A DNA stretch of 64,000 bases, taken from NCBI RefSeq assembly GCF_964188315.1, contig NC_135667.1:25668001-25732000 (forward strand). Reading direction: 5' to 3'. How positions within the stretch are numbered: the stretch's first letter is position 1; each line of letters begins with the position of its first letter. The position numbers were made by a program, and so were the translations under genes. Under the pieces are notes generated by a model. It saw only the letters and a program-made list of their open reading frames with translations. It was not told the DNA's origin and ran no database searches. The stretch comes from Podarcis muralis (Eukaryota). Shown piece after piece: positions 1-11,206 of the stretch.

Positions 1-77
1 TCATATGAAAAGCAGAACTTTGTAGCATTCCACACACATCTGTTGTGTACTAGTAAAAAAACATATGCAAAACTTAC

Positions 78-304
78 AGAGGAAAATCATGAATTCTGTA
101 TGGAACGAATGTAAAATTGAGCAAATATACCCCATGTTGTATAAGAGAAAGAATCCCACCGATGATCACTTCTCCAGGCTTATACAAATTGTATTGGGTG
201 TTTGTGCATTTTTCTGACGTTTTCTTGCAAGCAAAGGGAGGAAGCTGTAGCTGCAACAGCAGCAGCAACAGCAAGCACCTTAATTCAAATACATGCCTGC
301 CCAT
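78..304 (-). CDS. Exon 1 of a vomeronasal type-2 receptor (V2R)-like class C GPCR; the rest of the gene lies left of the window
   Basis: Leu-rich signal peptide MGRHVFELRCLLLLLLLQLQL, then YKPGEVIIGGILS (V2R/CaSR-type N-terminal GD/E-x-IIGG motif). The frame ends at a phase-2 donor CT|GTAAGT at 77-72 (minus). Confidence 0.8.
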
Positions 305-1349
305 ACCACAACTGCACAACGGCATGCTTTGCCACACAAAAAGCAGCAACTGTAAGAGGTCAATTTATCCCTTCTGCATGTGTCACAACAAACACACACC
401 CTCCAACCTATGCAGCACATTGTAACCAGTACTTAAGTGAGCTCAAAATTTGAAGCACTTGTTTTTAATCTCTCCGTCTCTCTTTTTTGATTACAGATTA
501 AGGAAAAACAATAATAGTGTTTTTCATAATTACATAGTGGATAAACATCTCCCTGATGTCACAAAGTGTGAAATACTTGTTTTTCCTTCCTCGTTTGCAA
601 CCTTCATAGGGGCGCATGCCAGTAGTGCACAGGGGCAAATGAAAAAGTGGGCAAAGCAAGACATTCAGATTTTACTTTTGTTCAGTAAATTAGTTTCTGC
701 ACTCACGCACCCCTTTCTCAAGTAGGGCCAGTGATGGATGTGGCCTGGAAAGAGATAGCGTGGCACTGGCATTTCTCCTAATATACATACTTTAGTGTAC
801 CAGTTTGCCAAATATATCCCTTTTTGCAAGCAGTTCTGCATAATGTAATATACTGCATGTTTGCATGTAGCTTTCACTAACGTACACTTTTAATGTTCAC
901 TTCCCCCCAATATATGCATTTCAGTATAAAGGTTGAAGAACTGCACACAATATTCAGAACAGTGTGAATTTTGTAGAATATTTGTTTTTACGTTTGGCTG
1001 TTGTTTGGGGAATTGTCGTTATATAGGTCTGCAATAAAATTTGAACCAAATTGAATTTCTAGTGCAGCTGTGAAAAAGTTGTTAAAAAGAGGAAAAGTGG
1101 AGGGGTTTGACAATTTGCACTTGCTCAGCGTAGAGACAGAAAGAGCCACTCTGTATGTGCTCAAAGACACTTTTACTATATTCTGTCTAGCTAGTAGATT
1201 TTTTTTCTTTTTGACTATGAAACCCAGACATGGTTTGTTGACTGCAGCTAATGTGCACAATGATTCTTACTGAGATACATAAACTTGTTGCACTTAGCAA
1301 ATTAAGTTCCTAAGTTAATATGGGAAATGCTATTCACAATGGTCTTTAA

Positions 1350-1352
<3 letters not shown>

Positions 1353-1382
<30 letters not shown>
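1353..1382. repeat. (TA)n microsatellite, left flank of the Poseidon-like PLE
   Basis: Direct read. A matching (TA)n lies at 3644-3674 on the other side. Confidence 0.95.
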
Positions 1383-1385
<3 letters not shown>

Positions 1386-1434
1386 GGTTTTGGTGTCCTC
1401 GGGTATCTTCCCGTGTAAAAGTTGGGGTGTCTAG

Positions 1435-1472
1435 GCGACGTTTCGACGAGGTCTCACTCGTCATCTTCAGGC
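1435..1472 (-). ncRNA. Minimal type-I hammerhead ribozyme motif, intact core
   Basis: Minus strand reads gc-CTGAAGA-T-GACGAG(tgagac)CTCGTC-GAAAC-GTC-gc: CUGANGA and GAAA cores, 6-bp stem II, palindromic ACGU stem III, GUC triplet. Stem I is only ~2 bp. Confidence 0.75.
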
Positions 1473-3523
1473 TGGTGCTTTCGGCTTCTTGTTACTGGAA
1501 CAGAGCAGGATCTCAGTGTTTGAGTTCCTATAAATACTGTTGAGGAGGTGTGGCCTCCAATGTTCTAGGCAGAGAGGAAGTTCCCAGGCTAGTGTGCCTT
1601 TTCTTCTTTTGTTCCTTAATTGCTTGAGGGATATCTTGAGTGATTTCTTGAGTGATATCCTGAGTACCACTTAGGTGGGTCATTAGGTGTGGATTAGTTA
1701 CTAAAGCCTTTGTGTCTTGACCTCTTGAACTTTGTGAAGAGTTTTTCTGAGAAGATGGGTGTACTACATTTAGTTGTGCTCTGGCTTGGCTTCGTGTATA
1801 GGGGCGAGCTGTGGTTTTGTGGCCTGTGCCAGCCAGATCTGTGTAGGGATTGCAGGGGGGTGCAGCATCCGGAGGTGCCACCATGGTTTGGCTACTGGAT
1901 GGTGTCTGTAATTTATCTGTGGAGAGGGTCTGGGTTTGGGTCTGGTGTGGTTGATTGGTGATGGCGTTCTGTGTGCCTCTGGATCTGGTGTCAGTTTTTG
2001 TGGGGAGGGCTAATTTCCAGATGTCTGGCAAGCGGGATGTGTCGTCACGCTTGTTCATGTTGTGAGGGTGTTTCTCTATCTCGATGGCTTCCATGATTAT
2101 TCTCTTGTGGTGATGTTCCATGTTAGAGAGCAATTTGGAATCTGCAAAATTAATTTCGTGTCCTGTTTCTTTCATGTGTTGGAAGAGAGAGGAAGTTTTT
2201 TCTTCTTTTTTGACGGCATTCTTGTGTTCTGCGATACGTGCATTTATTCGTCTGTTTGTTTGTCCAATGTACGTGGCTGGGCAGACTTTGCAGGGTATTT
2301 CATAGACCCCTTGGTTTTCCAACTGGATTTTATCCTTGGGGTTTCTGAGGATATTGGCTATTTTTTGGTTGGCGCAAAAGGCTGTTTTGATATTGTGTTT
2401 ATGGAGGATTTTGCTAATTTTATCTGTAGTGCCCTTGATATAAGGAAGGAGGGCCATGCCATTGTTTTCTTCTGTGTCTTGGTTTTTGGGGGGTGTTTCT
2501 TTTTGGAGAAAAACCAAGACACAGAAGAAAACAATGGCATGGCCCTCCTTCCTTATATCAAGGGCACTACAGATAAAATTAGCAAAATCCTCCATAAACA
2601 CAATATCAAAACAGCCTTTTGCGCCAACCAAAAAATAGCCAATATCCTCAGAAACCCCAAGGATAAAATCCAGTTGGAAAACCAAGGGGTCTATGAAATA
2701 CCCTGCAAAGTCTGCCCAGCCACGTACATTGGACAAACAAACAGACGAATAAATGCACGTATCGCAGAACACAAGAATGCCGTCAAAAAAGAAGAAAAAA
2801 CTTCCTCTCTCTTCCAACACATGAAAGAAACAGGACACGAAATTAATTTTGCAGATTCCAAATTGCTCTCTAACATGGAACATCACCACAAGAGAATAAT
2901 CATGGAAGCCATCGAGATAGAGAAACACCCTCACAACATGAACAAGCGTGACGACACATCCCGCTTGCCAGACATCTGGAAATTAGCCCTCCCCACAAAA
3001 ACTGACACCAGATCCAGAGGCACACAGAACGCCATCACCAATCAACCACACCAGACCCAAACCCAGACCCTCTCCACAGATAAATTACAGACACCATCCA
3101 GTAGCCAAACCATGGTGGCACCTCCGGATGCTGCACCCCCCTGCAATCCCTACACAGATCTGGCTGGCACAGGCCACAAAACCACAGCTCGCCCCTATAC
3201 ACGAAGCCAAGCCAGAGCACAACTAAATGTAGTACACCCATCTTCTCAGAAAAACTCTTCACAAAGTTCAAGAGGTCAAGACACAAAGGCTTTAGTAACT
3301 AATCCACACCTAATGACCCACCTAAGTGGTACTCAGGATATCACTCAAGAAATCACTCAAGATATCCCTCAAGCAATTAAGGAACAAAAGAAGAAAAGGC
3401 ACACTAGCCTGGGAACTTCCTCTCTGCCTAGAACATTGGAGGCCACACCTCCTCAACAGTATTTATAGGAACTCAAACACTGAGATCCTGCTCTGTTCCA
3501 GTAACAAGAAGCCGAAAGCACCA

Positions 3524-3561
3524 GCCTGAAGATGACGAGTGAGACCTCGTCAAAACGTCGC
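3524..3561 (+). ncRNA. Hammerhead motif with G12>A substitution (probably inactive)
   Basis: Same motif as 1435-1472, but GAAA reads AAAA at 3552. Confidence 0.65.
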
Positions 3562-3641
3562 CTAGACACCCCAACTTTTACACGGGAAGATACCCGAGGA
3601 CACCAAAACCTGCATTCCTGTACCCGTGAAAATCTACGAAA

Positions 3642-3677
<36 letters not shown>

Positions 3678-4036
3678 CTTTTTAAAGTTGGTGAGTGTTC
3701 TTAAGTAAACAAGGCTTTGGGGATTATGACTTTTGGGAATATAGAAGTGGAAATAGTTCCATTGTCTATCTATTTCTTTAAAATAAAATAAATTTATTCG
3801 ATACTTACCAAAGGAGTGGAGAGAAGTCCAAGGCACAGTTGAGATTAACTCAGTTATGTATTTTATCTATGATTTGTGAAGTGGATATAATTTGTATAAG
3901 GTATGTGGTGGATTTTTTGTTTATGTTTTTTCTGTATATATGTGCAAATATGAATAAAACTTTATAAAAAAAAAGAAAGAAGTGGAAATAGTTCCATTGT
4001 CTATTTATTTCTTAAAAATAAAATAAATTTCTTATT

Positions 4037-4297
4037 GAGAGCCAGTATGGTGTAGTGGTTAAGAGCGGTAGTCTCGTTATCTGGGGAACCGGGTTCGCGT
4101 CTCCGCTCCTCCACATGCAGCTGCTGGGTGACCTTGGGCCAGACACACTTCTTTGAAGTCTCTCAGCCCCACTCACCTCACAGAGTGTTTGTTGTGGGGG
4201 AGGAAGAGAAAGGAGAATGTTAGCCGCTTTGAGACTCCTTAAAAGGGAGTGAAAGGCGGGATATCAAATCCAAACTCCTCCTCTTCTTCTTCTTCTT

Positions 4298-4327
<30 letters not shown>
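4037..4327 (+). mobile_element. tRNA-derived SINE (Squam3-like, not Sauria) with (CTT)n tail
   Basis: A box TGGTGTAGTGG, B box GGTTCGCGTCT, MIR/L2-like body, terminal (CTT)n at 4281-4327. The family name is from memory. Confidence 0.75.
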
Positions 4328-4328
<1 letters not shown>

Positions 4329-5215
4329 TGTAATTTGTCTCATTTCCACATATGTTAATCAGGTAGAAGTTTTATTAGACCCTAGCTGCCTTTTGTTTAT
4401 TTTGCTAATAATGCTGTAACATCAAATATCCCATCTATGGTTTCTAATTACTCCAACAATCATGGGGGGGGGGGAATCAAAATTGGGGGGGGGGGGGTGT
4501 TCTTACCTTGACTTGAGAAGCTACTTCCAGAATACCCCCCCACAAAAATTCTGTCATGTTAATTAATTGCATGTTGAATGTTTATTACATATTTATATAG
4601 TTACTTTAGTTCAACGACCTCAGTATGGCTAAGTTATAGACAATTGCGTGAATGAACTCTCCTTTATACAACTCCCCATATGAACTGACCTGAACCCTGC
4701 AATCATCTTCTGAGGCCCTTCTTCATGTGCACCCTCCACAAGAGGTCTGGAGGGTGGCAACACAAGAATGGGCCTTTTCTGCAGTGCCTCCTCACTTGTG
4801 AAATGCTGTATTGGAAAGTGTCATGATTTTAAAAATTGCTGCTGCTTTATTAAATGACAGGGATGCATGCATTTGTATAATGTAAAACAATACCTGAGAA
4901 GGGCAATATAATTATTATTTTTTTACAATTAATTGGATGGATCCCAATATATTCATACTTAGAGTTGACCCGTTTAAACCAACAGAACAAGTTAACCAAG
5001 CCTATATGGTCCCATTGATTTCAGGGGAACTACATTAAGCATAGCCAAGTCTAGATTCACTGAAAAGTAACCATGCACTCTTTCCATTTGAGTACTACTG
5101 CTGCTACTACAATAATTGCAATGAGTATGTATGACATATTAGTGTATTTTTGGTCTTTGTGGAAGCTGCCCAGAGTGGCTGGGGAAACCTAGCCAGATGG
5201 GTGGGGTACAAATAA

Positions 5216-5275
<60 letters not shown>

Positions 5276-5289
5276 GCTTCAGCTAACAT

Positions 5290-5660
5290 AAAAACAACCT
5301 GCTGGATAGGACCAATGACCCACATAGTCCAGCATGTTTTCTCACAGTAGCCAACCAGATGCTTGTAAGAAATCCAGAAACAGGACCTGAACGCAAGGGC
5401 CCTTTCCCGTTCTACAATTTTCTGTAACTGATTTTCGGAAGCATACTGCCTCTGACTGTGGAGATGGAGCATAACCATCATGACAAGTAACCACTGATAA
5501 ACGTACCCACCATGAATTTATCCAATCCTCTCTTAAAACAACCCAAGTTGGTGGCCATCACTGCCACCTGTGGGAGAGAGTTCTCTGGTTCAATTACATG
5601 CTGTGTGAATAAGGACTTGCTTATGCATATTGTGAATTTTCTAATATCTAGCTTCATTGG
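5290..5660 (-). mobile_element. CR1 LINE 3' fragment
   Basis: Minus translation FTQHVIEPENSLPQVAVMATNLGCFKRGLDKFM matches the CR1 ORF2 C-terminus pattern (FTQRV..WNSLP..VV.A..L..FKRGLDKFM). Confidence 0.8.
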
Positions 5661-6180
5661 ATATCCACAAGTTCCTTTAACGGAATACCCAAAAATTGAA
5701 GGCATAGGCGATGGCCACACCTAGCCCTTCGACACACCACAACACATTATTCTAATGCCTAACCTACCCACCAAAACCACGAAAGTTGTGACGATTGCTA
5801 CGAGGTAGGCGAAGAAACCAAAAGGCCTAATGCCAAATGGAAAAATTCCTACCAAGCCCTCTGGACAACCAGGGCGACCACCCTAAGGTCCATAGCAAGG
5901 CCAAGGAAAAACTAAAACCCTGAGCTCAAAGGGAGTGGAGGGTGGGTGACTCGCGACGGGACGACGGAGAGTGAGGCCGAGGAGGGGCTGGCGCCGCAGC
6001 ATTTAGGCTGCTATAAACGCCCCCTCGTAGGCACCTGGTTGGGTGCCTGCTGATGGGCGTGGGCGCCAACCAGGTGAGTGGGGGAGGCAGGGGGCTAATG
6101 CCCCCTGCTAGGGGCGGTGGTCGGGCTCCTGCCCACAACCACTCCCCTCTCTTCCAGGGAGGAGTGTCTTTATTATAACA
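5661..6180 (-). mobile_element. 3'-truncated LTR-like repeat related to the solo LTR at 11207
   Basis: Starts TGTTATAAT on minus. Shares blocks GGGTATTCCGTTAAAGGAA, AATCGTCACAACTT and GTAGGAATTTTTCC with 11478-11660 in the opposite orientation. Confidence 0.6.
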
Positions 6181-6277
6181 GAGGTTTCCAGCTTTGTTGA
6201 GTCCACAGCTCCGTTGACCAACTGCATTCTTTCTGTGGCACCCCTGTGGGGCTCAGGAGCCGAGTTATGCTACCCTA

Positions 6278-6631
6278 GTGCTTTCCAAATGCACTCAGTA
6301 CTTCTGCTCACTAGACCTGCTGGTCGTTTATCTGGCTGAAGGCAACCTATGGACACAAAAGGCTGTTTACTTGGAGTGGACCATTTTAAAAGACATTGCC
6401 TCGTTGCCTGATGGAGATCTGAAAATGTGCATCACCCGTTCATCCTGGTGCAACGATGCTCTTGGAGGGGAGATCAGCCTCTGCAGGTGGATAGGGTGCA
6501 ATGGCAGTGGCACGTGGTGCGTGCTGTAATGCTCTAGGGTGGCCTGGAAAATCTGTCACCCCTTGACCAGGTTTGAGTTTTCGGACTTCTTTCGCCTAGG
6601 TGGGGTTCACCTGTCAGAAAGCTGCAATTAA
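6278..6631 (+). mobile_element. Degenerate SGNH/GDSL-esterase-like ORF, as found in Ngaro/DIRS-type retroelements
   Basis: One frame through a single stop reads LDLLVVYLAEGNL...ICHPLTRFEFSDFFRLGGVHLSE, resembling SGNH block III (PDxLVxHLGxND) and block V (DGVHL). Confidence 0.5.
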
Positions 6632-8407
6632 CATTTGATTGGAAGATCTTTATTTGGGCCTTTGGATTGGCCGTGGGGGCAGGTTTGGATTGGCAGGAGT
6701 CAGACCGTGGTAGGTCCTCCCTTGTGGTGGAAATGGCATTGGTCAGGATCAACATAGTATGGGGGGGCATAATGGGCCTAAGAGGAGGATTGACCATGGC
6801 AAACCGAAGCGTGGGTTCGATATTTGCCTGGTTGAAATCTGCAACCTGGTCCCCCCGTGAGAATTTGCTTGCTTGACTTGCACCACGGCAAGGTTCAACA
6901 CTGGCTGACTTCCATCGTACAGGTTTGGAACGATCCAAACCCAGAGGATCCATTCCAGCAACCTGAGGCTTTTGAAACGATGAACTGATCCTGGGACCCG
7001 ATGGCATGCCAACCTTTGCCCTGCCTGCGGCTGTGAAAAACGAATTGGCCTGATTTTATCCCATCACCATTGTACAGTCTGGTTCTTTTGCTGCGCTCAT
7101 GAGTCACATGGGCAAAAATATCCTAATTAGCAGAATAGCATCCCTTCTTTGGTGTTCTAAAATAAATTAAGCATGTTGGGATTATGGCCAGTGGGGATTT
7201 TGAAGAAATAGTGAGCATTAAAAAATGAAAATATCAGATTAAAAGCCCCCTTCTAGACTAAAGTTAGGCTTAACTCATTAGTTAAACAGATTTAAACCCC
7301 CACCCCAGTCTATTATGATTGTTTGCTAGGAAATTTCCAAAATGTTCCTACATCCTGTTTTAATGAGCAGTGTTTGAACAACAGCATTAGCAAATCCTTC
7401 TACTTGATCAGTTGTTGAATATCAGCCTATATAACAGGTATTTTAGTCAAGGGGTAGAGAGAAAGAGGGGGAGGGGAGTATTTTGATTTTATAAACATTT
7501 ATGTTGTATCATAGGGCTGATATATGTATGGAATCTCCCGGATATTACTGGAAATTTCCAAAAGGTGGTGCTTTGTTCTGGATCTTCAGCAAGTCAATTT
7601 TAGGCATATTTTTTGGCATTTTTGTAAAGAAAAGCTCAACAACTTTCGGGTTGTCCTGGTTTTTACTTTTTGAAATATGGCAACCCTAGGTATCATTACA
7701 ATAAATCAATAACTGGGAGATGATCCACTATCATCAACTTTTCTTCTACTTTTCAAGGAATACAAAGAGGCATTGTTTTGTTTAATTCCCTACTGGGGAA
7801 GCTATTTTAAAAACAGTTGAAAATAATATTAACCAATTTGTACTTTAATATCAATTTCTCTCTTTGATAGCTCAGGTCCAATATATGGAACCCAATTAGA
7901 TAAAGGATATTTAATGTAGAAATTAATTCAATTGCTGATTTCTAGGTTCACTTCACAGGAAACCCATACTTTTACCTGTATAGTTTTACATATAAAATCA
8001 TTCATCTATTTGCTTTTTCTAACATTGTAAGCTACCCCACTCTAGGAAAGTTGGTAATAGGTGAACAGAGGTTAACTGTATTGTATTTTTTACGAATGAA
8101 TGTGATGTGACACATAAAAGAACTTCAATGTCACAAAACAAACTATTATTCTCAAAAACAGTGTTTTGAAGCCACTTTTCGTAATATTGGCTTAATGCTT
8201 TCTAAAACATTGAGATGTGATGGACATGCTTAAATTTATTGTGTTTTGCTATTCTGTATGTCTGGCTGTAAAAGATGCAAACATGCCTAGCCACAAATGA
8301 AATAATCTGTGGAATAATGAGCCCAAAGGACAAGAAATAACAGGTAATAAAGAAAAAGGAGATCAAGAGACAATGCATTTCCCTTTTTCAATTTCAGATC
8401 TGCCCTC

Positions 8408-9346
8408 ATGCAGGACATAGGGGAAAATGAGACAGAAGTAACTGAATTTGTTCTCGTGGGATGGTCAGGTCGACCCAAGGCAAGAATGGGATTGATGGTC
8501 CTCTTCGTTGTATCCTATGCAGTCATCCTTGTTGGAAATGGACTCATTATTGTGGTGGTCATAAATGACTCCCGGTTGCACAGTCCTATGTACTTTTTCC
8601 TCTGTAATTTGTCCATCATTGACCTTTGTTTCTCATCGACTGGCATCCCACAATCTATAGTCAATTGTTTAGTGGATAGACCTGTTATGTCCCTTCCACT
8701 GTGCTATTCTCAAATTCTTCTGGGTCTCCTTTTTGGAACTTGTGAATGTTTGCTGCTGGCTGTCATGGCTTATGATCGCTATGTGGCCATTTCCAACCCA
8801 CTGCGATATACGCTCATCATGAACAGGAATATTTGTATCACCTTTGCTGCTATGACATGGACTACTGCCTTCATGGTTACAATAGTTCCCTGTCTTGCGA
8901 AGCCAGCACGATTCTGTGGGAACAATGAGGTGGACCATTTAGTATGTGAATTCAAAGCTGTCTTTAAGTTACTCTGCACTGATACGTCTGCGAGCACGCT
9001 GGGCATGTATTTTACAAGCATTTTCACACTGATTTTACCCCTAGCTTTCATTTCTTTTTCTTATATGCGCATTCTTATTGCCATCATGAGAATGCACTCA
9101 GATTCTGAAGGGGGTAGGATGAAGGCTTTTTCCACATGTGGGTCTCATCTGGTTGTGGTGGTCATGTACTATGGCTCAGGTATGTCTGCATACCTTATCC
9201 CTCAAACTAAAGAAACTCATTTAGGTGACAAGATTGTTTATATATTTTACACAGTAGTTACACCTATGTTTAACCCTATGATTTATGCACTCAGGAATCA
9301 GGAAGTGATGGGAGCACTAAAGAGACTAATGAGCGGGAAGAAATAA
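8408..9346 (+). CDS. Olfactory receptor, class II, intact (OR-1, 312 aa)
   Basis: GN, LHSPMYFFLCNLS, MAYDRYVAI, KAFSTCGSHL, PMFNPMIY motifs; N-glycosylation site NET; acceptor AG 10 nt upstream of the ATG. Confidence 0.97.
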   Translation: MQDIGENETEVTEFVLVGWSGRPKARMGLMVLFVVSYAVILVGNGLIIVVVINDSRLHSPMYFFLCNLSIIDLCFSSTGIPQSIVNCLVDRPVMSLPLCYSQILLGLLFGTCECLLLAVMAYDRYVAISNPLRYTLIMNRNICITFAAMTWTTAFMVTIVPCLAKPARFCGNNEVDHLVCEFKAVFKLLCTDTSASTLGMYFTSIFTLILPLAFISFSYMRILIAIMRMHSDSEGGRMKAFSTCGSHLVVVVMYYGSGMSAYLIPQTKETHLGDKIVYIFYTVVTPMFNPMIYALRNQEVMGALKRLMSGKK

Positions 9347-11206
9347 TGCAAAATTATGTTATTAGATGTTTCAAATCTAACATTCTGTTGATTTTTCAAC
9401 TGCAGTCTCAGCTTATGTAAGGGAGTGTTCTATGAAAATCTTATGTAGATAGAAATGTGCACAAGTGCAAATTGCCCATATGGCATCACAATTTTCTCAT
9501 AAGTGTTGGAAGGGATGTTGAAAAAGAGGCACCTTTTTCACTTATGGTGGTACAGCCCACAAGTATTCAAATTCAGGACAATGGTTAGTCAAGAAATGAC
9601 CAAAATACCCAAATATCCCATTGCAACTTCACTGTAGCTTTGTTTACCAAATCAATAACAATCAACTGAAAGATTTTTGCCAGGGCTTTTTTTCCCAGCC
9701 TGAATTCATTGGAACACAGCTGGCAGCTGCCAGAATCTCAATTGCCCCCAAATGGACAAGACTTGCAACTTTCATTTCGTTATTAAAATGTATTAAATTT
9801 AGCATCAGCTGGGGGGGGAGGGCCCGAATAAATTAAGTGTTGCCAAGTGCTTGGAGTATCATGAAAAAGTATACTGTTTGGTGGGATTTTATCATATAAG
9901 CAACAAATGCAAACATATAGGACTCTCTCTCCATGGTACAATGTGAAATTGGGCTTCCTTAATGGTCTTAATTACTTTAAATCTCTTCCATATATACTGT
10001 GCTGCTTTTTTGTATTTTTATATCAATTATGTTCAAGCAGTAGTAAGGGGCACTCACTGTAGTAGAATTTTAAAAGAATGGGAACTCCAACATGCAACCA
10101 ACATCTTCCAATAACTAGAATGGAGGTATTTATTTTCAGATTAGGATAATTCAGATTAGGATAATTGTGCCTTTTCCAAAACTAAATATAAGTTTTGGAT
10201 ATTTGAAAACTAATCTGTGAAACTATTGTATTCAATAGAGTTGATGATCAGAAAATAAAATATATTGGTTATTTGGGAATTGTACTGCCTTAACATTCTG
10301 AACATGCCACTAGAGAAGGACTCGTGTGTCCAACAACTGATGCCAAGTGAGAACTGTGCCCTTACAAAGCACCGTGTTCCTAGCCTATTCTCTGAGGGAG
10401 CTGGGAAATAAAATGACCATGGGTTTTGCATGTAGGGGATACATGAAGCCACCAAGAGTTGAAAAGCAAACCCCTAGCCATGAGGTGATGGAGGAGTTGG
10501 AAAAGGTCATTTAAAGTGTTCCCAAGAACCAGTACATATGGTCACCCCAGGGATGCACAATGTGGTGAATTACAAACAACTCCCATCCAGCATGGCCAAT
10601 TCGATGTCTACCTTCCCAAAAGCTTCCATTGTTCATCCTATTGCCCACAATAGACCCTGTTGGTTTCTGTGCCCTCACTGATTTATAGCATCTTTTTCCC
10701 ACTTATATATTCTTTGAATATATAAACCCCATTGTTTGAGCTGAATCTCTATTTTGTGCCTGTCTGAGGTGGCAAGATCAGCTGTACTATTTAAGGTTTG
10801 TATAAATGACAGGGAGAAGCTGCATGGCACATTATGTAGTATGTTATGAGATGTGTGGTGCCATCTGATGAAAGGGGAGTTGGAGGGAATATATGGCTGT
10901 GCTGCAGTTTTGCAATTGTATTGCATTGCTTAATTGTAGAATCACACAAATAGAAAGAGAACATTGGTTTGCAACTATGGCATTGCACTTACAGAAAAAA
11001 AATCATTTATATTAATTTGAAAGAAAAAGCAAATTCACGCTTCTCTGTATCCTAACATATATAACACACCAGGTGAATGCAATTCTGCTATTTATACACT
11101 GCTTAACCAACAATGTTTCTAAGTGGTATACATAAAGATTACAAAAAATGGCACAACATCCATTAAGATTAATCATAAAGCGTGTTCTCATAAAAGAAAG
11201 AGCACG

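Larger units (their letters stand above)
1381..3643. mobile_element. Penelope-like element (Poseidon-type), two 5'-truncated arms head-to-head forming a ~2.2-kb palindrome
   Basis: Arms 1381-2487 and 2509-3615 are reverse complements around a 21-nt spacer, and the right arm has a 28-nt extra tail (3616-3643). Each arm encodes LPYIKGTTDKISKIL...GVYEIPCKVCPATYIGQT...H (GIY-YIG endonuclease; GVY at 2686, YIG at 2725 on +). Confidence 0.93.

Noticed and set aside
1528-3468. Two overlapping antisense 468-aa ORFs that look like a novel bidirectional gene
   Set aside because: Artefact of the palindrome. The N-terminal half is the antisense of the endonuclease read across the centre; only the part from KNQDTEE onward is real PLE protein.
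3560-3643. HDV-like ribozyme in the PLE tail (CGAA near the end)
   Set aside because: I could not build the nested P1/P2/P3/P1.1 pseudoknot; only a simple stem is supported.
4037-4110. tRNA gene
   Set aside because: A and B boxes are present but there is no full cloverleaf, and it continues into a SINE body and tail. The same applies to the Sauria SINE heads.
8669-9051. Conserved antisense and alternate-frame ORFs recurring in each OR (e.g. MVHLIVPTES...)
   Set aside because: Shadows of conserved OR codons; no independent evidence.
10270-10400. Possible V2R cysteine-rich exon relic (PTTDAK*ELCP)
   Set aside because: Too short and degenerate, with no supporting splice sites or neighbouring exons.
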